From: Paragordius varius
Lineage: Eukaryota; Animalia; Nematomorpha
Length of the DNA stretch: 64,000 nt
NCBI GenBank assembly: GCA_964247055.1
Contig: OZ176052.1
Coordinates: forward strand, 11,346,001-11,410,000
Direction: 5' to 3'
Part shown: one piece after another, positions 50,395 to 60,400 of the stretch
Layout of the letters: every line of letters begins with the position of its first letter
Numbering within the stretch: the stretch's first letter is position 1
The notes under the pieces: model-generated
The model's input: only the letters and a program-made list of their open reading frames with translations
Told to the model about the DNA's origin: nothing
The model's database searches: none
Program-made: the position numbers and the translations under genes

Positions 50395-52990
50395 AATCAA
50401 TCATCGCTTTCCAACCAAATTATATTACCTTATAAGGATATTTTCAAAACAATCATACATGCTTTTTAACATCAACCAGTACATTTCAACAATTAACCAT
50501 AATTAACAATCAACAATACTTTTCAACAATTAACCATTATTTTTCAACAATATTTTTCAACAATCAACCATACTTTTAACAATCAGCCAAGATTCTCTAA
50601 CAACCCTTTATACTACCCAGGCTGATATCTATATACTAAAATGGATATGGGTATTTTCCCACAATCAACCATTAATTTCTAATCAGCACAACAATCAATC
50701 ATTAATTTCAACAATCAACCAATTTTCCAACAATCTTATTGTATTACTAGGCTAATTTTAACCATTGCTTAAATATAAACCATTACTACCCAACAACTGC
50801 CATTACATTCCAACAATCAACTATTACCTTCCTACAATCAAGCTACCTTCCAAGTATCAACCATTACTTTCCAACAATCAAGCATACCTTCCACAATCAA
50901 GCATACCTTCCACAATCAAGCATACTTTAAAGCAATCAACCATTACTTTCCAACAATCAGACTATTTTTTTAAACAATCGAGAATTCCTTCCAAAATTAA
51001 CCATTACTTTCTAACAATCAACCATTACTTTACACATAACCATTTATTTCCAATCAAGCATTCTTTCCAACAATCAGTCATTTTTTAAAACAATCAAGCA
51101 TACCTTCCAACAAAAACCATTACTTTCTAACAATCAACCATTGCATTACAATTAACCGGTATTATCCTACAATCAACCATTACCTTTCAACAATCAAACG
51201 GATTTTCCAACAATCACCCATTTTTGCAAACAATCAAGCATACTTTCCAGCAGTCACCCATTTTTTTCAAACAATCTACCATACTTTCCAATAATGACCC
51301 ATTTCTTTAAAACAATTAAGCATACTTTCCAACATTTAACCATTGCTTTCAAACAATCACTCATTTTCAAAAATCAGGTATACCTTCCAACAAGCAAGCA
51401 TACCTTCCAATAATCGCCCATTGCTTTCAACAATCTATACCTTCTAACAATAAACCATTACTGTCCAACAATTGAGCATACCTCAACACTCAACCATTAC
51501 CTTCCAATAATCAAGCATGGCTTCCAACAATCAAGCATACTTTCCAACAATCAACTATTACCTTCCTACAATCAAGCTTACTTTCCATCAATCAACCATT
51601 ACTTTCCATGCATACTTTACAAAAATTAACCATTATTTTCTAAAAATCAGACTATTTTTTCAACAATCAACCATTACTTTCTAACTATCAAGCATAATTT
51701 CCAACAATCCCCCATTTCTTTACAACAACTACACATTTCTTATAAACAATTAAACATTATTTTTAACAATCAATTATTGCTTTCCAACAACCCATTTTTT
51801 TCAAACAATCAAGCATATCTTCCAAAAGTTACCATTACTTTCCAACAATCACCCATTTCTTTCAAACAATCAACCATATTTTCCCCAATAATCCATTTCT
51901 CTTAAACAATTAAGCATACTTTCCAACAATCAACCATTGCTTTCCAACAAGCACCCATTTTTTTCAAACAATGCATACTTTCTAACAATCAGCCACTTCT
52001 TGCTAACAAAGCATACTTTACAACAATCAAACATCACTTTATACAGCAATCAGCCTATTCTTTGGAGCAATCAATCTTACTTTCTAACAATCAACGCTTT
52101 CCAACAATTAATCATTACTTTCCAACAATCAGCCATTTTCCAACAATCAAGCATACCTTCCAACAATCTATCATTACTGTTTAAAAATCGACCATTGATT
52201 TGCAACAATTAAACATAACTTTCCATCAACTACCATTACCTTCCGATAATCTTCCCTTTCTTTCCAAATATTAAGCATGCCTTCGAACAATCATGCATAC
52301 TTTCCAACAATCAACCATTACTTTCAAACAATCAGGCATTTCTTTCCAACAATCAAGCATTTCCAAAAATCAATTATGCCATCCATCAAACAAGCATACT
52401 TTACAACCAACCATTAATTTCCAACAATCACCCATTTCTTTTAAATAGGCATACTTTCCAAGAATCAAACATTGCTTTCCAACAATCATTCATTTTTTCA
52501 AACAATCAAGTATACCTTCCAGCATCACCCATTAACAATCAAGCATTGCTAACAATTAACCATTTATTTCCAACAATCAAGCAAACCTTCCAACAATCAC
52601 CCATTTTTTCTAACAATCAAGCATACCTTCAAACAATCAACCATTTCTTTACTATTAACCATTAATATCCAACAATCGACCATTTCTTTCTAACAATTAA
52701 CCATTACTTTCCAACAATCAACCAATTCTTTTTAACACTCAAGACATTACAACAATTAGCCAATACTCAACGATCAACCATTTCTCTCCAATAATCAAGC
52801 ATGAATTCCAACAATAAACCACTACTTTCCAACAATCAACCCTACAATCAAACATACCTTTTTAACAATCCATTACTTTCCAACAATCAATCACACCTTC
52901 CAACAATCATTACTTTCCATAAATCAACCATATTCAAAAATTTATACTTTCCAATAATTCGTTATCGTTTTTAGCAATCAACTATACTTT
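50395..52990. repeat. ~2.6-kb degenerate minisatellite/satellite with 20-21-nt units
   Basis: Near-invariant core TTCCAACAATCA alternates with variable linkers (ACCATTACT, AGCATACC, CCCATTTCT). The + strand is C/A-rich and almost G-free. Confidence 0.95.
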
Positions 52991-53286
52991 AAATCGTTCA
53001 TCTCTATTTTGAGGCATATGCCTTAAGTTCAAAATTTAATATATATATATATTAATTTTCCATACAAATGTGGTATATACTATTTTTCAAGATATTGTTT
53101 TTTGAATAACAATCTAGGTTTCCCTATAAAAAATAAATTTAGTTTAATGATGTAAATTTTATAAAATACTTGCAAGGTATTTAACCAAAAGTATATAATT
53201 TTACAATTATCTAACAGATTATTTGAAAGAGCGTTTATATTTCCGAATTGAACCGTATAAGCAAAAAACTACCTTTACTTCTTATA

Positions 53287-53822
53287 TTAACACTTCGATT
53301 CAAATTGGGGTATCTAAATACCCCAGGCTATATTTAAGTTGAAATTTTTATAAAACTACTGAAAGAAACATTCCCAATTTAAATTTATGCTTTCCTATAT
53401 AAATTATATAAATAAGCCGAAATATCTAAATAAATTTGGTTTTGAAAAAAAAGTACCATATCAAACAACTTCTATCGTGTTTATTTGATTTTGAAGCTAA
53501 AATGAAAGCTAATTTTTTATTTACTTCTTACATTGATAGAAACAGGAAAAGTGGTATTTTGTATTGTTTTTAAATTTAGTTAATGCACACATGTCATCTC
53601 GACTAAATTTTTACCTTGAGGTTTTACTTAAAAATAAGTAACAACTAGTATTTTTGAATGAAATTTTTTATATATTCGGTTCATTAATGTTGTAAATGTG
53701 CAAATTTTTGCAATGGTTTTAATTAATTCTATATTTTTTGAATTATTTAATTTTAAACAGGCCTAGGGTATTTAACTACCCCATGAATCGAAGGACTAAA
53801 ATGGATGTGTTATGTTGGCCTA
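53287..53822 (-). mobile_element. piggyBac-type MITE family B, second copy
   Basis: TTAACACTTCGATTCAAATTGGGGTATCTAAATACCCCAGG; reverse complement of 28851-29425 along its length; the distal end is degraded. Confidence 0.8.
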
Positions 53823-53849
53823 ATATGGAACAATTTAATACTCTATTAC

Positions 53850-54269
53850 CTATTGAGGTATTTTTATAGAGAGCGATTTTAAATTTGAATATCTTTAAAA
53901 CTATAAAATTTTATGCTTTCTTAAGCTTTTTAGGATTGTATAAAAAAACTTTCTACAAAATGTAATAAGTGTAAAAAAATTCTCATCTCAAACTTTTTTG
54001 CCGCCATTTTTATAAATTAATGCAACAAATGGTATATTATGGCTACAAAATGTACATATTTCAGGCTTAATTTTATCAAAACCTAATAATCTTCATTTTA
54101 ATATCAGCTGTTCGTACAATCGCATTTTGGAGCTCTCCCGATTTCAGACTCTAGATGACACAAAACTGTAAAAAGTGTTAGCTTTATCTATTAAACTGTA
54201 TATTACAAAATTCTCGGATACATGCAAAAGGCAAACTAGGATAAAAGTAAATAGGTAATGAAGTGTTAA
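53850..54269 (-). mobile_element. Family A TTAA MITE copy
   Basis: Contains ctcatctcaaacttttttgccgccat and ends GGTAATGAAGTGTTAA. Confidence 0.7.
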
Positions 54270-54641
54270 TTGAGCAAAATACTATTCCAAATTAAAAGCA
54301 TTCTTAAGCGCTCAAAATTATTTGTGGAACTTCAAAAATTTGTTTTTTTTTAAATTGTAAGACCCTCCCTTGGCCAAATTCTTTTTGGTATAATAAATTT
54401 TGTCATAATATCCCTTGTACTTGTTAATTGGATTGGGAGGCTAAGTTAATGTCTCATTTATTACAAAACTGTAAAATAAAAGATATTTTATTACCAAAAT
54501 ATCTATCAAAATATATTATAAGTTTTAATATCTAAACCAAAAATACCCCAAAATATTTCTAAAATGATTGTAAGATTAATAAATTTTTATATATCGTGAG
54601 ATTTCAAACATTAAAAAATCACTTTTTAGTCTAAGTACGGC

Positions 54642-56642
54642 ATGGATGATGAGGCGGAGACATACAAATTATGGAGAATTCGAAAAACTATAATGCAAGT
54701 AAAATATTTAATCTATTGTAGATGTGTCATGACAGAGGCTACTTAGTGACTCAAGAAGAGTTAGATCAAAATTTGGACCAGTTTAAGGCACAATTTGGAG
54801 ATAAACCAAGGTTTTGTTTTAAATTTATTACATTTTAGTGAAAGAAGACCATCTCGTAGTGATTTAGTTGTTTTAGTAGCTCATAATGATGATCCTACAG
54901 GTATAAATTTTATAAAGCCACTAGATCAAATGTTTGTATTTTTTCCAGAAGATGATAAAATTGGGATAAAAATTATTAAAGCTTATTGTCAAAAAATGCA
55001 GGAAGAAAATATTACCAAAGCTATAATTGTTGTCAAGGGGGGAATGACACCCATTGCAAAACAAGTATACACATTTAAATTTTAATATTTTATTCGATGT
55101 TAATTTAATTTTATATTAGGCTTTAGCCGATATGGCTCCAAAATATATTTTACAAACATTTTTGGAATCAGAATTACTGATTAACATAACTGAGCATGAG
55201 GTAATATTTTTTTATAAATGTTATCCATTTATAATTTTTTATTTACAGAAATTATACGTTATTATATAAATGATTATCAGCAAATAAAATGTAGTCTTTT
55301 TGCAACAAAAATATTTTTTAAATATCGACATACCCTTATTGGGTAGTTTTATATACGGAACAATTTGAAATTTGTAGTTTTATAAATATTTAAGGAATTA
55401 AGTGGAATTTAAAAATGCTTTATTCCTGTGCATTGTACAAAAAAATTCTAAATAATGAAAAATTTACAAAAAATCTTTATCTCAAACTTTTTGGCCACCA
55501 TTTTTTTATATTTTTTTCAATCGCTTCAGGCAAATAAATGGTTTAAAAATATGAAAAATTAAGATAATAAGCCTTTCAAATTCCTATTCCATCAAATTTT
55601 AGATATTTATAGATTTAAATATCTGCTGTTTGCTTCAATTGTGTTATTGGAGCTATCCGAATTCAGGACTATAAAAGTTAAAAAATTGTAAAAAATATAA
55701 GCTTTTTTATCTAATACATGAGAACAATATTTGATTGATTTTAACTAAAATAACTTTCAAAACAGTTATTTATTTACAAAATTGAGCTCTGGGTTATAAA
55801 ATCTAATATGTCAACTAGGACAAAATGTAAAAAGGTTATGAAGTGTTAATTTGCATTAAATTGCAAAAATACGACAAAATAATTTTCGGCTAACATAATA
55901 TTTTGTCTTAACATCTCCTGGTTAAAATATATTTAAACATCGGTATTTTTTGAATGTTCATAATTTAAGACAAATAATATACCATTTACAGTTCCAATTC
56001 ACCCTTGAATAATTCAAATTAACCCTAAAAAACATACATCCATGAATTTCCTTAAATTTATTTGCTTTATCCAGACATATTACCCTTTTACTTACACTGT
56101 TATCATTTTTCATACTAAATTGTTTTATATAAAGTTTTTTAATATACTACTGTAAAAACATTATGACTTCCCCTTGATATTAAAAAGTTTTTTAAAACTT
56201 ATTAACCATTTTACAAGTTTGTTTATGCAATTAATTCATATATATATTTTACAATGTTAATTCTTGGAATATCACTTTTGCAAAATGTATAGCTCGTTCC
56301 AGAACACATAGTCATGACACAGCAAGAAAAGGATGAGTTATTGGCAAGATAGTAATTTTCATTTATAAATTTAATACATAAAATGATACTTAGAGGAATA
56401 TTTAACAATTTATAATGCTATAAAATGAAATGGATTTTCTAGTTTTTTTTCTATTACCCAAATGTCCATAATTATTACATTTACCAGTAAAAATAAAAAT
56501 TAAAAATTTAATTATAAAATACTAAAATTTTTTTATTGTTATCACTTTGGGTTGCGAAATAAAGAATATTTTTTATTTTTGAAGATTCTGTGAAAAAAAT
56601 ATAAATGGTTTTTAATAAAATCATTTTTTTGTTCAATTTTAG

Positions 56643-56699
<57 letters not shown>

Positions 56700-57139
56700 T
56701 AAACTTCGAGAAAGTCAATTACCACGAATTCAACAAGGAGATCCTATTGCTCGATATTTAGGCCTAAAACGCGGTCAGGTAAAATTTTACTATATTAAAT
56801 TTATGGATATATTACGCACTGCAAATTTATTTATTTTCTTTATCTGTAAAGATGTGTAGTACACTAAATAAAATAAAATTATTGTAAATATATTATAAAA
56901 AAGGGTAACGCATATATATTTATATGTATTGATATATTGCTTAAATAATGCTTATCTTCTTCATAAAAAGTTTAAATATGTTTTAGAATATGAGATAAAA
57001 TGTGTAAAAGATTTTTTTTCCATAAATAAGATGTAAATACAATTTAAATTTAACTATTATTTGATGATTACAGGTTGTTAAGATTATAAGACCAAGTGAG
57101 ACAGCCGGGAAATACATTACATATCGACTAGTTTGCTAG
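54642..57139 (+). CDS. POLR2E: RNA polymerase I/II/III shared subunit RPB5 (RPABC1), 8 exons, 210 aa
   Basis: [28 protein letters not shown]...[15 protein letters not shown]...[41 protein letters not shown]. Exons: 54642-54698, 54722-54810, 54839-54900, 54925-55064, 55120-55200, 56293-56351, 56700-56778, 57074-57139 (633 nt). Confidence 0.97.
55331..55849 (-). mobile_element. Family A TTAA MITE in RPB5 intron 5
   Basis: Begins acccttattgggtagtttt and ends attgagctctgggttataaa...GGTTATGAAGTGTTAA, the reverse complement of the 29861 start. Confidence 0.75.
56644..56697. repeat. (TA)27 microsatellite between two candidate RPB5 splice acceptors
   Basis: Perfect TA run of 54 nt, directly visible. 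Confidence 0.95.
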
Positions 57140-57416
57140 CTAAAAATGGGATAATGTGGATGCAAAAAATATTTTGGATTTTGTTATAAAATCCGACTCA
57201 TTGTGTTGGAAATGTTATAATAAATATATTATCATCTGTACAAATGTAAATATTGAAATAAATATGCATTTGATTTGAGTTAATAGGAAATTTTATAAAA
57301 TTAAGATTGATTGTATCCAAAATCAAATCCTGCCTCAATTCAGCCACCTACCTTGAATTTTGAAGAACGGCGTTGACGGAAATAATGATTGTGTAAAAAA
57401 TAGCTCGGATTTTTTT

Positions 57417-60400
57417 TTATAAATCATCTTTGGATTTTTTATCATGCGGTTTTTTGTCACCAGAGTTATTTTTAGCGGATTCTCGGACAAAATTGACTTT
57501 TTTGAGAAATTCCTACAAAATATATAACATAGAGTTTTGAATAATAAAAATATGTAATTTCTTTCAATATTTTACCAATAGATTGAGAGGTGTACTATAC
57601 ACTTTAATATTGTTATCATCCAATCCATTTGTCGTAACTGATAAGCGTAAGTCTTCACAAACGCAATAAAGTATTGTATTGACTGTCGTCTAATATAAAA
57701 AACATAAAACATTAAAAACGCTCTTATATCAAATATGTTTGATATTTTGTTGCAAAAGAAAATTATTTACATAAAAAAGAGGATGGCCATCTTTTACCAT
57801 ACCCTATCTAAATATTAATGTGTATTTTACACACATATTGAGCATTAAATCTTAAATTTATTTTAATGTTCCTTACGATTCGGCAAAAATTTGTAAAATA
57901 TATACCTTGTGTATTCATAAGTTTTTACCGGTTTTTTAGTAAAATCAGAGTAAATTTAAAAGGAAGTCAATTAATTATTTTATTCATAATATTATCCATT
58001 TCACACATTTTACCCATCCCTCAGGTAGTATATGATTGCCGTGCCTATAAAGATTGTCGTTTTAGAAAACCGTTCTTCAAGCCATTTTCCAACATCCTTG
58101 ATTTTATTGAAGTGCTCTGCGAGGGTGTGCTCCATTTGGGAAAATATATTAGTCAGATGGCGTTCAGCAAAGTTCATCGGATGCGGGTAAATATTGTATC
58201 GAAGCGATTTTAAGGTGTCCTTACCCTGATTTTGGGGTGTGAGACGAAACATTGTCATGTAATAAAGTCACTTTGCCATATTTTCTTGCTCATTTCGGTT
58301 GTTTTTCGATCACGGTTTAATTTAGCTATTTATTAACCATAGTGTTGTGTTATTAAAAATTTCATGGGACCTCAAAAGTTAACAGTCCCACTAGGCACAG
58401 ATGGTTTTTTTCCCCAAAGAATTTGCCTTGATTGTGGATGAAACGGCTTGACAAGATTAAAGTCACGATTTTTCCGCTTTAAATTTACAAAATAAAGCCA
58501 CTTCCCATCACCCGGATGCAAAAATGTTTCTTGGCCATAAAGCAGGAACTAATCACTGCGAAATATTCAATTTTACGTTGATTCGAATTGTGTAGAACCC
58601 ATTTACCGAGTTTACCGTCTAATCATCTGTTGATTGTTATTTGTGATACCTGTATTTAGCCAATTGACGTTATCAGTTGGGTCATCATCCGATAACTCTT
58701 GAATTTGATCGTCTTTGAAGTTTTATAGTCTACCAGGCCTACATTGGTTAAACCCTTAATATTCAATACCATGCTTCACGTATGATAATAAGAGTATCAC
58801 CATATGTTTCAGCCAGAAAACGATATCTTTAAACTGCCTTTTTCTTCTAATGGCAATGCATGCCACAAATGTTTTTGTAGACACAAAATTGCTTAATGAA
58901 TGATAAAATTAAGACACTAGTTTAGTTTAATGGTAGATGAACAAAACGGGGTCTGTATCAAATCAATGAATAGCGTACTTTTCGCTGACGTCTCTTAGTT
59001 AAACCGGCTAAAACTTATGAAAACACCTTGCATAATATTAAATAATACAATTTTTTATGTAATGTTTTATCATAATTTTCATAAATTTTTCTTTATAATA
59101 AATATGTTGGAACTTTAGTATTTCATATATATTTTTATTATAATAATAAAATAAAAAATGTTGGAACTAAGCGCATCCTATATATATAGTAAAGTAATAA
59201 CCTCAATGGATAATAATACTGAGTTTGCAGCAAATCGAACTAGGCCAAAACAACAAATAAATGCAGTTGCACCGAACAATCGAGATTCGGGGTGTAACTA
59301 ATAAAATAGGTAAAAATATTGGTTAAAAAGACACATATTTGAATATTTAATTACTTTGTATCAAATAAAATTATCTGAGTTGGTTAAAACAAAAATCTTA
59401 TCACAATATAAAAAATAAATATAACCAATAACTAATGGAAATTATAAATATAAAACGTACAAACAAAAAAACTAATATTTTTTAGAACAAAAAATATTTT
59501 TTATACCCTGACATATTTATGATCTATCGTTTTAAGCTGCGAAATAAGGAAAGATATGTAAATTGGTGACACGCTTAATTATATATTTCACAATGCAATT
59601 AGATTATATAATATCAAAGATCAAAAAAAATGTTTTTAAGTTTTGCCATTGTAAATTAAACATAAGCAATGTGAAATCTTTTATATTTATTTATATTAGT
59701 TTATTTATTTACATGATAGGAGATTAGTGATAAAATTCCAGCCAAACTAACCATACCTATACGAATGAACCAAAAAACGACAGTAACTGTCCTTGATATG
59801 CCTTCAACCGGTAGCGGGCTAGATAAATATGTTGCTAAACTATTTTTTACGGCTTTGAAGTATCCACACTTTTGATGAGCTAAAAATAAAACTCTTATAA
59901 AATTATTCATAAAATTCAATATCATAAACATTATATAATATTTTCAGGCATAAATAAAGTAGGTTTTTTCAATTAATTATTAAGGTTATTATCATTTATA
60001 ACTGCAAATATTTTATGTAACTAAATGAAAGAAACAATATTAATCAATCTGTTTATGTAAAAGCAAAAATATAAAAAACTTCTCTAGGATTTTCAATATC
60101 AAATTTTAGTTTTAATTTTATTATATTTTAAATGATTTACAGCCAGTTAAAACCAAACCCTAACTGTAATTAACTATTATATAAAAATCCTGAACATTTT
60201 GATAGAAAACATACCACCAACCTATTGAAATAAGAGGCGTCCTCAAAGGATAAATTAAGAAATATCGGATATACATTTTCACAAATATGTTTTTAATCAT
60301 TATTGATTCATCGTTTTTTGCCATAACGTTGTTGGATCCATCATCATTTTTTATATTATGCATAATGATTGGATCAGCAGTTTTTTCCTGTCTTCTATTA

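Noticed and set aside
50765-52212. ORFs 50765-51088 and 51937-52212 as proteins
   Set aside because: They are low-complexity translations of the satellite, with non-ATG starts and no splice context.
50395-52990. CRISPR-like repeat-spacer array
   Set aside because: Linkers are 8-10 nt and related to each other, the core is not palindromic, there are no cas genes, and the context is eukaryotic.
36884-55119. Strict 5' polarity of micro-introns
   Set aside because: First introns are the tiny ones in four genes, but a 25-nt intron at 95-119 and a 28-33-nt one at 42904 lie in 3' regions. The sample is too small to claim a rule.
56605-56859. YIYIYI-repeat protein as an independent gene
   Set aside because: It is intron plus RPB5 exon 7 read through; it is only relevant as a possible alternative acceptor, reported as a finding.
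58010-58258. Separate nested protein-coding gene in the SLC44 intron
   Set aside because: It is the C-terminal part of a frameshifted mariner transposase, homologous to 21290-21560.
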